DNA of 64,000 nucleotides from an uncultured Nitrososphaerales archaeon. Lineage in GTDB: Archaea > Thermoproteota > Nitrososphaeria > Nitrososphaerales > Nitrososphaeraceae. This document shows, one piece after another, positions 1 to 10,314 of this stretch; position 1 is the first letter of the stretch; each line of letters opens with the position of its first letter. The notes beneath the pieces were generated by a model. It saw nothing but the letters and a program-made list of their open reading frames with translations. It was not told where the DNA came from and ran no database searches. A program made the translations under genes and the position numbers. The DNA lies in contig CAVOHZ010000003.1 in the NCBI GenBank assembly GCA_963695855.1, positions 160,001-224,000 on the forward strand. Direction: 5' to 3'.

Positions 1-520
1 GTTATATTACCTGCCAAGTCGTGTGATACTAAGGAACCATGTAATTGTTCACTGCTGGATATCAGTAACCACAAAATTTTCTTCCTTCTTATGTCAACTG
101 CTACACGTGCAGTTAGATAGCGTTTTTTAAATCTCTTTTTTTTAATATGCTCGTCTCTGAATGATACTTTGATTCCAGTAGAATCAATTGCTATTACAAA
201 ATTATTATCATGTAAATTACAGTTAATGACCTCGTCGGAAATCTTGCTATCATCCGTCTATTCTTCTGATAATGTTACTATAATGAGGATTTGATGATAA
301 TGCATTACAAGCACATGCTGGTACTATATCTTCAGTCTGTCTCTATGGTAAATGAAAGTAAACTCATATGTAATCCAACAATTTGGTATACGAAATTTCC
401 ATCTTCTTTATACCTGGTAATATCTTCCATTTTAGTAATTCGGTTGTCAATAAGATCAAAATCAAGAAATCTCTGCTCTCTTTATAAGATATTAGTCTCT
501 ATTTCCCGCAGTGAAAAAGA
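1..520 (-). pseudogene. Degenerate IS5-family transposase remnant, runs off the window start
   Basis: Minus-strand fragments YFHLP*RQTE, PHYSNIIRRID and VIAIDSTGIKV...RYLTARVAVDIRRKKIL resemble archaeal IS5 DDE transposases; they are broken by stops and frameshifts. Confidence 0.7.
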
Positions 521-727
521 TAATAGCATCAGGATTGATAGCTAAATATTTTAGGAATGTAACTTATGCAAGAATACATTAAAATCAAATAAAGAGATTG
601 GAATCAGGATAACCGATATTCAAATGTGATTTAAAAGTAAAATATGCTAATGTTTTTTTGCACCTAGTATTCATAAAATATAATGAAATAAAATTAATTT
701 TTATTATCCTTATTTTATATTCAGAGT

Positions 728-1780
728 ATGATCTCTGCAAGAATAATTAAAACCAATGAATCTTTGATAATTGAGAATATGCAGCAACCAAAACCTGTAC
801 ATACACAAGTTTTGGTACGAGTTAAAGCTGCTGGAATATGCCATAGTGACCTACACTTGTGGGAAGGAGGATACATTGGACCTGGTGGAAAAATCATGAA
901 AGTAGAAGATAGAGGAGTTCGTTTCCCATTAACACCAGGGCATGAAGTAGCGGGTGTGGTGGAGGACATAGGAGAATCAGTATCATATTTTCAAAAAGGA
1001 GACAGAGTTTTGGTCTATCCTTGGATTGGGGACGAAATATGTTCTTCATGCAAGTCAGGGGATGAACATTTATGTGATAAACCTAGAACATTAGGAATTT
1101 ACCAAGATGGAGGCTACTCAGACTTAATTCTTGTTCCTAATTATAAATACCTAATAAAATTAGAACAGAATGATTTTGATTCTGCAGCTTCTCTTGCATG
1201 TTCTGGGTTAACTGCTTATACAGCAATAAAGAAAGCAGCTGCAACTCCCAATGATAATTTGGTAATTATTGGAGCTGGCGGATTGGGATTGATGGCAGTG
1301 CAGATAGCAAAATCAATCACTAATTCCAAAATTCTGGTTGTAGATGTGGACAATGAGAAATTAGAGGAAGCGAAGAAATTAGGTGCAGATCACATTATCA
1401 ATTCCGTGGAGACAGATCCTATCAAGAATGTAAAAGATTTAACAGGGGGAGAAGGTTGTGAAATAGTAATAGATTTTGTAAATAACAGTAAAACCGCGCC
1501 GGTAGCTATAGATAGTTTGAGGAAGCGAGGAAAATATATAATGATAGGATTATTCGGAGGATCTTTGGAATTGAATCTCCCATTGGTTCCCCTGAGAGCA
1601 TTTAATATAATGGGCGCTTATACTGGAAGAATCACAGACTTGGTTGAACTAGTATCTCTCTATAAAAAAGGAAAGATAAGTTCTGTTGTATCAAAGAAAT
1701 ACAAATTGGATGCCGTGAATGAGGCTCTACAAGATTTAAAGAACAGAAAAATTATTGGAAGAGCAGTATTTAATCCTTAA
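728..1780 (+). CDS. adh: Zn-dependent alcohol dehydrogenase (MDR family)
   Basis: GICHSD, GHE, CxxCxxGxxxxC structural Zn site and GAGGLG NAD-binding motif. Confidence 0.92.
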   Translation: MISARIIKTNESLIIENMQQPKPVHTQVLVRVKAAGICHSDLHLWEGGYIGPGGKIMKVEDRGVRFPLTPGHEVAGVVEDIGESVSYFQKGDRVLVYPWIGDEICSSCKSGDEHLCDKPRTLGIYQDGGYSDLILVPNYKYLIKLEQNDFDSAASLACSGLTAYTAIKKAAATPNDNLVIIGAGGLGLMAVQIAKSITNSKILVVDVDNEKLEEAKKLGADHIINSVETDPIKNVKDLTGGEGCEIVIDFVNNSKTAPVAIDSLRKRGKYIMIGLFGGSLELNLPLVPLRAFNIMGAYTGRITDLVELVSLYKKGKISSVVSKKYKLDAVNEALQDLKNRKIIGRAVFNP

Positions 1781-1819
1781 AAATTTCTAATCCTTTATTT
1801 TTAATCTTCTTTAAGTGTA

Positions 1820-1978
1820 TCCCGCGAGCAGGATTTGCTCCAAATAACAATTGTTACTTTGTTTGAGCCTGCGACAATTCGGTTTCTGTTAAATGTAAGC
1901 CTGATAGGCTGATCACAACGGTTAGCTAAACAGCCAACTTCTACAGCCGAAAGCTCTACCAGGCTGAGCTATCGCGGG
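1820..1978 (-). tRNA. tRNA-Tyr(GTA) with two introns: 1884-1940 at 37/38 and 1835-1862 at 58/59
   Basis: Removing the 57-nt and 28-nt inserts gives a 74-nt cloverleaf with CCCGCGA/TCGCGGG acceptor, A73, loop CTGTAGA and T-arm GCAGG-CTCAAAT-CCTGC. Both junctions are BHB-like. Confidence 0.92.
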
Positions 1979-2041
1979 ATACCTGCTGTGAAACATATAT
2001 TATATATAATTGATTCTAAGCAGACATTCAAAGATTCAATT

Positions 2042-3064
2042 TCAATTCGACATGAATTCAGATAAATACAATGAGGAATAAGTAATTATTTTATCTGCTC
2101 CAGATCTTTTAAGTGAACCCAAGAGATTTAAAAGAAAGTGGATCTCATCTATTACTCCCTTCTTTGATGCTGCTTTTATCATCGAGTATTCGCCAGACAC
2201 AATCTGGACTACTGTTGGAACGGTGTATTTCTTACTAACTTGATAAACCAAATCTAAAGAAGTAATAGAAGGTTTTAACATTATCATATCTGCACCTTCT
2301 CGAATATCAAATTCAATCTCCCTAAGCATCTCCATGGTGTTGCAATATGATACCTGATAGGATGATTTGTCCAAGTATTTCTGAAAGTTGAGGAATACTC
2401 CGGATTGAAATGGTTTATAAAGCGACGATGATTGTTTTGCTGAAAATGAAAGTATTTGGGTTTTCTTATATCCCTCGGTATCTAGTTTTTTCCTAATACA
2501 ACGTACTTGACCATCCATCATTGATGAAGGAGCTACAATATCGGCTCCAGCATTGGAATGACTTAACGCTATCTTAGCGAGATAATCGACGGTTTGATCA
2601 TTTTTAATTTCATTATTTTTGCTAGTTATACCGCAATGTCCTGATTCGTTATAGTGGCATAGGCATATATCAGTAATCAATTTTAGTTTATCTCCAAAAT
2701 TAGATTTCAATGTTCTTACTGTCTTTTGAACAACTCCGTTAGATGAAAACGCTAAAGAACCATCTATTGTTTTATTTCTTGGTATTCCAAACAATATGAT
2801 TGATTTGATACCTTTATCTACTATATCTTCTACCGAATCAATTATTTTATGATAGGGAATCTGAAAAATTCCAGGCATTGATCCAAATTGTTGATACTTT
2901 CCCATCTCAGTAATAAAAATTGGATAAATCAGATCATCTTTATATAGTCTAAAATTTTTTGTCAATTCCAAGTAAAATTTTTGATCTGATTCTGGCATCC
3001 TTATTACACCGTTGATCCAATTATTCATAGTTACACCGTTGATCCAATTATTCATAGCTACCAT
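2042..3064 (-). CDS. hemB: Divergent porphobilinogen synthase (ALAD) paralogue
   Basis: DICLCHY..GHCG Zn motif, APSSMMDG, SAK and MLKP lysines, VSGEYSMIKAA; lacks the N-terminal RxRRLR arm. Confidence 0.8.
   Translation of the reverse strand: MVAMNNWINGVTMNNWINGVIRMPESDQKFYLELTKNFRLYKDDLIYPIFITEMGKYQQFGSMPGIFQIPYHKIIDSVEDIVDKGIKSIILFGIPRNKTIDGSLAFSSNGVVQKTVRTLKSNFGDKLKLITDICLCHYNESGHCGITSKNNEIKNDQTVDYLAKIALSHSNAGADIVAPSSMMDGQVRCIRKKLDTEGYKKTQILSFSAKQSSSLYKPFQSGVFLNFQKYLDKSSYQVSYCNTMEMLREIEFDIREGADMIMLKPSITSLDLVYQVSKKYTVPTVVQIVSGEYSMIKAASKKGVIDEIHFLLNLLGSLKRSGADKIITYSSLYLSEFMSN
3004..3057. repeat. Perfect 27-bp tandem duplication
   Basis: TTACACCGTTGATCCAATTATTCATAG occurs at 3004-3030 and 3031-3057. 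Confidence 0.95.
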
Positions 3065-3109
3065 GCATGAATATCATACCATTTGATTTAATGATAAATT
3101 GCTTCTTTT

Positions 3110-3775
3110 TCATTTTTTTTCATCTTCAGAGAGAGTCCAAGGAAACCATTTCCCAATAATCTTTCCCCAATCTATTTTCAAGTATAAATAAATTATTACT
3201 ACCAATACTATGATACTCGCACTTATTCCAAGATAAAGATAAATAGGATCGGTTTTTCCAGAAGTAAGAGAATCAACTACGGGACGACCTAGGAAAACGC
3301 TACCAAAAACAATTATTTCATTTAAAATAAATTTTCCTGAGAATGTGGATATGGCAAATTTCCATGGACTATATTTTGCTAAACCAAGTGGAATATATAC
3401 CAAGTCGTCAGGTATTGGAGTCATTGCTGCTATAAACGCCCCAGGCCATCCATATTTGGATACCAATCTTTGCAGGGGCAACATCCTCTTCTTAGTTTTG
3501 GTACTCAAAATACGCCGTCCGTAATAACTTACATAAAAAATAATCAATTTAGCTATAACAGCACCTAGAGCACTCACAATAGATACAAGATGAGGATCTA
3601 ACTGTTTATCAATTCCTGCCGTAAACAAAATCGGAAAATAAGGAACTGGTATAAATACAACTATACTTCCCAGAAAACTTATTATCAGTATTCCTAAATA
3701 TCTACCTATGATACCATATTCTTCTACGTATCCAAAATCTTGAAAGAATGAAAGCAGATCATTAGTATTTTCCAA
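3110..3775 (-). CDS. DedA/VTT (YqaA-like) membrane protein
   Basis: Several hydrophobic helices; TPIPDDLVYIPLG motif. Confidence 0.75.
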   Translation of the reverse strand: MENTNDLLSFFQDFGYVEEYGIIGRYLGILIISFLGSIVVFIPVPYFPILFTAGIDKQLDPHLVSIVSALGAVIAKLIIFYVSYYGRRILSTKTKKRMLPLQRLVSKYGWPGAFIAAMTPIPDDLVYIPLGLAKYSPWKFAISTFSGKFILNEIIVFGSVFLGRPVVDSLTSGKTDPIYLYLGISASIIVLVVIIYLYLKIDWGKIIGKWFPWTLSEDEKK

Positions 3776-3905
3776 GTATCGTTACTCCTTTTCCTTGTAT
3801 CTAATCGGTATTTAAGTGAATAATGAGATCAATAAAATTTCTCATACACTTGATATTAATATTATTTTCATATATTATTTTAATAAAAGTAAATATGTGT
3901 CTCAT

Positions 3906-5363
3906 TTAGTAGGCTTTTGCAAAAATAACAACATGTTTTGAGGGCTTTCTACAGAATATACAACGAGTATTTTCGTCTTTTTCCTCTAAATCAAAAGGAA
4001 TTATCCTAATATCTGCACCGGTATCGTTTTTTATTTTATTTTCGCAATCTTCATTTCCACACCAAGTGGATAATATAAAGCCGCTATTCTTATCTAATTT
4101 ATCTCGCATGTCCTCATAATTTGAAACACTATGAAAATTATTCAGATGAAACTGCAACGCCTTATCATACATTGCCTTTTGAATATCAGATAAAATAGTA
4201 ATAAGAGTTCTTATTAAGTTGTTTCTTCTTTCAATAATTAATTTCTCCTTTGTATCTCTTCTGACAAGTTCTAACTTTTCATTATTTAGATCCCTTGAAC
4301 CTAGATTAATTCTAAGTGGTATCCCCTTTATTTCCCAATCATTGAACTTCCATCCTGATGTATATCCATCTCTTGCATCCAGGTAACTTCTCAATCCTCC
4401 TGATACCAATTCATTTTGCAATATTCTTGATTCTTCAATTACCAAATCTTTATTGCTATTTTTATAGATTGGTACGATAACTACCTGGATAGGTGCAACA
4501 TTTGGAGGTAAAATTAAGCCTTTGTCATCTCCATGAACCATTATTAATGCGCCTATTAATCTCCAGGACATTCCCCAAGAAGTTTGCCATGCAAAATATT
4601 GCTTAGAATCCTTTCCAAGAAATCTTATCTCGAATGGTTTCGAAAAATTTTGTCCGAGATTGTGAGATGTCGCCATTTGTAAGGCCTTGCCATCAGGCAT
4701 TATAGATTCAAGGCTGGTAGTATACGAGGCTCCAACGAATTTCTCTTTTTCAGTCTTTAAACCTTTCACTGTAGGGATAGCAAGATAATTTTCTATTAAT
4801 TCTTGGTAATATCCTAAAATTAGTAAAACTTCATTTTCGGCATCGCTGCTAGTTTCATGGACCGTATGTCCCTCTTGCCAAAGAAATTCAGAATTTCTTA
4901 TAAAGGGTTTTGTAGATTTTATTTCCGCCCTGAGAGCAGAATTCCAAAAATTTATTTTTAAGGGCAGGTCACGATGACTCATTATCCATTTTGAAAAAAT
5001 GCTATAAGCTAAAGTTTCTGAGGTTGGACGAACGGCTAATTTATCTGAAAGATTATTGTTTCCGGCCTTCGTAACCCAAAATACTTCTGGAGTAAATCCA
5101 GTAAAGTGGTCTTTCTCTTTCGAAAGAAGACTTTCTGGAATCAATATAGGTAAAAAACCATTCTCATGTCCAGAGTCTTTTAGTTTCTTGTCAAGAATCT
5201 CTTTGATATTTTCCCAAATTCGATATCCATAAGGTCTAAGAATAATAAATCCCTTAACTGGAGAATAATCAACTAACCCTGATTTGGTAACCGCTTGGGT
5301 GTACCATTCAGAAAAATTATCATTTTTCTTTACAGTTATTCCGATTTCCTTAGATCCTGACAA
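3906..5363 (-). CDS. proS: Prolyl-tRNA synthetase (archaeal/eukaryotic type)
   Basis: RPTSET, FLWQEGHT, QTSWGMSWR and C-terminal AKAY. Confidence 0.97.
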   Translation of the reverse strand: MSGSKEIGITVKKNDNFSEWYTQAVTKSGLVDYSPVKGFIILRPYGYRIWENIKEILDKKLKDSGHENGFLPILIPESLLSKEKDHFTGFTPEVFWVTKAGNNNLSDKLAVRPTSETLAYSIFSKWIMSHRDLPLKINFWNSALRAEIKSTKPFIRNSEFLWQEGHTVHETSSDAENEVLLILGYYQELIENYLAIPTVKGLKTEKEKFVGASYTTSLESIMPDGKALQMATSHNLGQNFSKPFEIRFLGKDSKQYFAWQTSWGMSWRLIGALIMVHGDDKGLILPPNVAPIQVVIVPIYKNSNKDLVIEESRILQNELVSGGLRSYLDARDGYTSGWKFNDWEIKGIPLRINLGSRDLNNEKLELVRRDTKEKLIIERRNNLIRTLITILSDIQKAMYDKALQFHLNNFHSVSNYEDMRDKLDKNSGFILSTWCGNEDCENKIKNDTGADIRIIPFDLEEKDENTRCIFCRKPSKHVVIFAKAY

Positions 5364-5408
5364 ACATTCATTCCTCTTTTTAAGGGTTTCGAATATTCAT
5401 TTTTAAAA

Positions 5409-5720
5409 TTAAAGTGGTTCTCCACGACAGTATACTTTCCCAGAAATCCTACTATGGAAATTTTTACAAACATAACATTGTATAAAAGGAACTTCTTTTT
5501 GCAATACTGGACAATCGACTGATTCCATTTTCATCCTTTTAAGCATTTTTGGACTAACTCCTTTTAATTTTAGTTTACCTTTGTCATCCATCATACCAAT
5601 TCCCTTTAATTGATTTTTAACGTCATCAGTTAATCTAGAACTTTTTTCCGTTAATTTTATAGGTACTATGAATTTTGTTTCAGTATCAAGATTATTGTTA
5701 GAATTTGAATCTTCCATCAA
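5409..5720 (-). CDS. Hypothetical protein with C-terminal Cys cluster
   Basis: CP..CxxC..H..C pattern; same strand as, and directly upstream of, proS. Confidence 0.7.
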   Translation of the reverse strand: MMEDSNSNNNLDTETKFIVPIKLTEKSSRLTDDVKNQLKGIGMMDDKGKLKLKGVSPKMLKRMKMESVDCPVLQKEVPFIQCYVCKNFHSRISGKVYCRGEPL

Positions 5721-5826
5721 ATTATTTTTCCTTCAATAGAATATATTTGATTTCCTTACCAAAATTGTTTATGAAAAAATAGAATTACTTTTTATATTAT
5801 AACTTCTTTAAAACACTATTAACGAA

Positions 5827-7023
5827 TTGAATTCAGAGCTGATACCGTGTAAGAATAGTATTGTATCTGAAATTCTCCAAAAGTGTTTTGAAAAAAAAAC
5901 TCTATCAAAAGAGGAAATTCTCTTATTATTAGAGTCAAAAGAAGATCGTTCTCTATTCCATGTTGCTTCCTTTCTAAAGGAAATTTATAAAAAAAAGACG
6001 ATAACCTACTCAAGAAAAATTTTCATCAACATCACAAATTTATGTAAGGATTTTTGTTCCTATTGTACCTACAGAAAAGATCCTTTTCATCAACAAGCAG
6101 TTATGATGTATCCAAATGAAATATTGGATTTGGCAGAGAAAGGAAAAAAATACAAGTGTACTGAAGCTTTGATAGTTTCAGGAGAAAGACCAGAAGAGCG
6201 GTATAAAGAAGCAAAAGATTGGTTGAGATCACTAAATTTTAAGTCTACTGCTGAATATGTTAGCAACATTTCAGAAAAAATAACTAAAAAAACCGGATTG
6301 CTTTCACATTCTAATTTGGGAAATATATCCAAGGATGAGATGAAAATGTTAAAAGAATATAATGTTAGTTTGGGATTAATGTTGGAGTCTTCAACATATA
6401 GATTAAGAGAGAAAGGGATGGCTCATGAATATGCACCAAGCAAGGACCCAGGAATCAGGTTAGAAACAATTGAAAATGCAGGTATATTAAAAATTCCTTT
6501 AACTACAGGAATATTGATAGGTATAGGAGAGAGTATTGAGGAAATAATAGACTCGATTTTGTTAATTGGAAATATTAATGCAAAATATGGTCACATTCAG
6601 GAAATTATCCTCCAAAACTTTAGGCCAAAAACTAATACGAAAATGCGTAATATGCCCCCTCCAGAAGATAATCTTTTTTTGAGATTAGTTGCAATGTCAC
6701 GAATATTGTTGCCTACAATGAATATACAAATTCCACCTAATTTATCTCCATTAAACTATAGATCGTTTATTGATGTTGGAATTAATGATTGGGGAGGTAT
6801 TTCACCACTTACTGTTGATCACGTAAATCCAGAATTTGCTTGGCCTGATATTAAAGACATAGAAAAAAATACTCGATCAAAGAACCAAATTTTGAGAGCA
6901 AGACTCCCTATTTATCCCGAATTTATAAAAAAAGAATTCGTTAATTCAACTCTAGAAAATTATATAGATAATCTAATGGATAAAGACGGATTAGTAAAAG
7001 AGGAATATTTAAATGAATTTTGA
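5827..7023 (+). CDS. cofG: FO synthase subunit 1 (radical SAM)
   Basis: TYSRK, CKDFCSYC, QNFRPK, DWGGISP; overlaps cofH. Confidence 0.92.
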   Translation: MNSELIPCKNSIVSEILQKCFEKKTLSKEEILLLLESKEDRSLFHVASFLKEIYKKKTITYSRKIFINITNLCKDFCSYCTYRKDPFHQQAVMMYPNEILDLAEKGKKYKCTEALIVSGERPEERYKEAKDWLRSLNFKSTAEYVSNISEKITKKTGLLSHSNLGNISKDEMKMLKEYNVSLGLMLESSTYRLREKGMAHEYAPSKDPGIRLETIENAGILKIPLTTGILIGIGESIEEIIDSILLIGNINAKYGHIQEIILQNFRPKTNTKMRNMPPPEDNLFLRLVAMSRILLPTMNIQIPPNLSPLNYRSFIDVGINDWGGISPLTVDHVNPEFAWPDIKDIEKNTRSKNQILRARLPIYPEFIKKEFVNSTLENYIDNLMDKDGLVKEEYLNEF

Positions 7024-8257
7024 AAGTATTCAAAAATACATTGACCCAGTAATTTCAGAAATTTTAGACAAAGCAGTGGACAATAAAGAAATTACTATTT
7101 CTGAAGTAGTAGAATTACTCGATTGTAAGGGAATGGAAATGAGCATGTTAATTGTTGTTGCAAATTATCTTCGTGAAATTAAAAATGGCAATGTGGTTAC
7201 ATATGTTTTGAACAGAAATATTAATTTCACTAACGTTTGCATCAAAAGATGTGGATTCTGTGCTTTTAGTAGAGATTTTAGACAAGAGGAAGGATATTTT
7301 TTACCAACTGAAGAAGTTGTTAGGAGATCAAAAGAAGCATATCAATACGGAGCAACAGAAGTTTGTATACAAGCTGGACTACCTCCCAAGATGGAGGGAA
7401 ATCTATACGTAGAACTATGTAATTCAATTAAAAAAGAAATTCCAAATATTCATATTCATGCTTTTTCACCAGAGGAGATAATGTATGGGGCTCAACGTTC
7501 AAATATTTCAGTAAAAGAATATCTAAGTAGGCTAAAAGACGCAGGACTAGATAGTATTCCAGGAACTGCTGCTGAAATACTTGACCAAGAGATTAGAAAT
7601 ATTATTTCACCTGGAAGAATTTCTGTAAAAGACTGGATTGATACTATAAAGACAGCTCACTCCATTGGAATCCCATCAACTTCTACAATTATGTATGGGC
7701 ATATCGAATCTCATAAACACATTGCAGAACATTTGCAGATAATAAAAAACATACAAAAGGAAACTAGAGGGTTTACAGAATTTGTTCCCCTAAGCTTTGT
7801 TCATACTGAAGCACCCATGTTTAACAAGAATTTAATACACAATATAAGCCCGGGTCCAGATGGAGCATATGTATTGAAAGTGCATGCAGTGTCAAGAATT
7901 TTCCTTAATAGCTATATAAACAACATACAAGTTTCTTGGGTAAAGGAAGGTCCCAGGATGAGTCAAATCTTGTTAGACGCAGGAGTGAATGATTTTGGTG
8001 GAACATTGATAAATGAAAGTATTTCTACGTCCGCTGGTGCAAATAATGGACAAATATTAAAACCAAAGAATATCAGACAAATAATTCACAGTGCTGGAAA
8101 AATTCCAGCACAGAGAACTTCAAGGTATAAAATCATTAAAAAATTCTGCGAAGAAGACTATGATGACGAAGAGCTATTGGATAAGGCTGACGCCGAATCG
8201 TTTGGATCATATCAAGAATTAATTAAATTAGATAAGTTCAGATTCAGAAAAGAATAA
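7013..8257 (+). CDS. cofH: FO synthase subunit 2 (radical SAM)
   Basis: NRNINFTNVCxxxCxFCAF, PGTAAEIL, NIQVSWVK. Confidence 0.92.
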   Translation: MNFESIQKYIDPVISEILDKAVDNKEITISEVVELLDCKGMEMSMLIVVANYLREIKNGNVVTYVLNRNINFTNVCIKRCGFCAFSRDFRQEEGYFLPTEEVVRRSKEAYQYGATEVCIQAGLPPKMEGNLYVELCNSIKKEIPNIHIHAFSPEEIMYGAQRSNISVKEYLSRLKDAGLDSIPGTAAEILDQEIRNIISPGRISVKDWIDTIKTAHSIGIPSTSTIMYGHIESHKHIAEHLQIIKNIQKETRGFTEFVPLSFVHTEAPMFNKNLIHNISPGPDGAYVLKVHAVSRIFLNSYINNIQVSWVKEGPRMSQILLDAGVNDFGGTLINESISTSAGANNGQILKPKNIRQIIHSAGKIPAQRTSRYKIIKKFCEEDYDDEELLDKADAESFGSYQELIKLDKFRFRKE

Positions 8258-8390
8258 GAAAACCTATTAAAACCAAACTAGAAAATTTATAAATATCGAT
8301 CTTCTAATATCATTTTTATAAAGTCTAAACACCATATTTCTAAAATAAGAATTGGTAAGATTTATCAATAGTAATAGATTTTCATAATTT

Positions 8391-10085
8391 TTGTATAAAT
8401 ATATGAATAATTCTCTAAAAAATTCTTTCAAATGGAAAACATTGCAACATAATGGAGTTGCTTTTCCTCCAGATTATTCCTACAAGGGAATAAAAATTGC
8501 GATAAAAAATGATCAATTTCAATTAAATAAAGACCAAGAAGAATTGATATATGCCTGGGCAAAAAAGAAAGATTCTCATTATATTCAAGATATTGTATTT
8601 CAAAAAAACTTCTTAACAGATCTTAAAAAATTATTACCTAACAGATTTCAATACATCAAAAATATTAGCGATATTGATTTTTCTGAGATTTTCGGACTAG
8701 TCGATGAAGAACAAAGAATAAAATATCTAGAGAAGGAAAAAATCAAATCATTACCTAGAGAAGAGAAAAAAAAACTATCAACAGAAAAGAAAAAACAAAA
8801 AGAGTTGTTGAAAAAAACATATGGCATAGCAATAATAGACGGAGTTGAAGTGGAGGTCGCAAACTGGTTAGTTGAACCACCGGGATTGTTTATGGGAAGA
8901 GGATTACATCCTCTAAGAGGACGATGGAAACCAAGAATAAGACCTCAGGACGTTATATTGAACTTGGATGAAAATTCTCCTGTTCCCGAGGGGGTATGGA
9001 AGAAGGTTGTACATGATCATTCCTCTACATGGCTTGCAACATGGACGGAAACATTAACTAGTAAGAGAAAGTATGTTTGGTTACACGATTCTGCATTATT
9101 AAGACAAGATAAAGATAGAGAAAAATATGATAAAGCTAAAAATCTAGAAAAACATGTGGAGAAAATTGAAAAGGATATAATAAATAAAATGATCAACGAA
9201 AAAGATCTTAATCAAAAAAAAATTGCAACAGTTTGCTATCTCATATTAAAATTAGCTATGAGAGTTGGCGACGAAAAAGATACTGATGAAACTGATACTG
9301 TAGGAGCATCAACTTTAAGAGTAGAACATATTAAATTTCCTGAAACAGATGATGGAAGAAAATTTATACAATTTAATTTTCTTGGGAAGGATAGCGTACC
9401 TTGGCAAAAAACCATTGAAATAAGCTCAATAGACACAAATACATTATATGAAAACCTACGATTTTTTATGATAGATAAACAGAAGGATAGTGAAATTTTT
9501 GACAATATAAACTCTGCAAAGGTTAATTCTTTCTTAAGGAATCTTGATCCTAAAAATGTTCCCGGATTGACTGCAAAAGTATTTAGAACATATTTAGCAA
9601 CAAAAATTGTTAAAGATGCATTAAAATCGCCACCTGTACAAGTGGGTAAAAATTCATCTGAATTCAAAAAAATCTATATCGCAAAGATCGCAAATTTAAC
9701 CGCAGCTATAGAATGTAATCACAAAAAAGGAATTGATCCTAATAATCCAGCAAGTAAGAAGGCTATCGAAAGATTGGAAGAATCATTAGAAAAAAAGAAG
9801 CAAACAATTATGAATCTAAGAAATGATATCAAATTGAAAAAATGGAAAACAGAAAAGCAAAAAGAAAAGTTAGAATCCAGAATTGAAAAAATAACATATC
9901 AATTAAAACTGCAGAAGGAAACTAGTGACTACAATCTTGGAACATCATTGAGAAATTATATTGATCCAAGAGTGATGAAGTGGTGGATGGATAGCGTAAA
10001 TCTGGATTGGAAGAAAGTATACACAACAACCCTCCAAAGAAAATTTAAATGGATAGAAACATCTGAAATATCAAAGGATGTCTAA
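8391..10085 (+). CDS. Type IB DNA topoisomerase
   Basis: KWKTLQHNG, EPPGLFMGRG.HP, MRVGDEKD, FLGKDS, AKVFRTY, CNH and the catalytic SLRNYIDPR. Confidence 0.95.
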   Translation: MYKYMNNSLKNSFKWKTLQHNGVAFPPDYSYKGIKIAIKNDQFQLNKDQEELIYAWAKKKDSHYIQDIVFQKNFLTDLKKLLPNRFQYIKNISDIDFSEIFGLVDEEQRIKYLEKEKIKSLPREEKKKLSTEKKKQKELLKKTYGIAIIDGVEVEVANWLVEPPGLFMGRGLHPLRGRWKPRIRPQDVILNLDENSPVPEGVWKKVVHDHSSTWLATWTETLTSKRKYVWLHDSALLRQDKDREKYDKAKNLEKHVEKIEKDIINKMINEKDLNQKKIATVCYLILKLAMRVGDEKDTDETDTVGASTLRVEHIKFPETDDGRKFIQFNFLGKDSVPWQKTIEISSIDTNTLYENLRFFMIDKQKDSEIFDNINSAKVNSFLRNLDPKNVPGLTAKVFRTYLATKIVKDALKSPPVQVGKNSSEFKKIYIAKIANLTAAIECNHKKGIDPNNPASKKAIERLEESLEKKKQTIMNLRNDIKLKKWKTEKQKEKLESRIEKITYQLKLQKETSDYNLGTSLRNYIDPRVMKWWMDSVNLDWKKVYTTTLQRKFKWIETSEISKDV

Positions 10086-10314
10086 TCTTATTCCATGATA
10101 GAATTGATTATGCAAAGTTAAGATATATCTCTAGCACTGTTTTTAATTTATATAACATTTTGTATTTGGTTATCACAACCGGCTTCTAAGAAATACAACA
10201 AATAGAATAATATTTGTTACATAGTTCAATTTTTCATTTTTCATAAAACAATAATGCCGCTATTGATTTAATCTTAGGTATAAATTAATGATACAACTAT
10301 AAAAATCCTCTAGG

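Noticed and set aside
291-545. 84-aa plus-strand ORF
   Set aside because: Antisense shadow of the degenerate IS5 transposase.
1884-1940. C/D guide or nested intron within the tRNA-Tyr intron
   Set aside because: Only a C-like GTGATCA with no CTGA on the sense strand; the candidate inner BHB lacks a proper outer helix.
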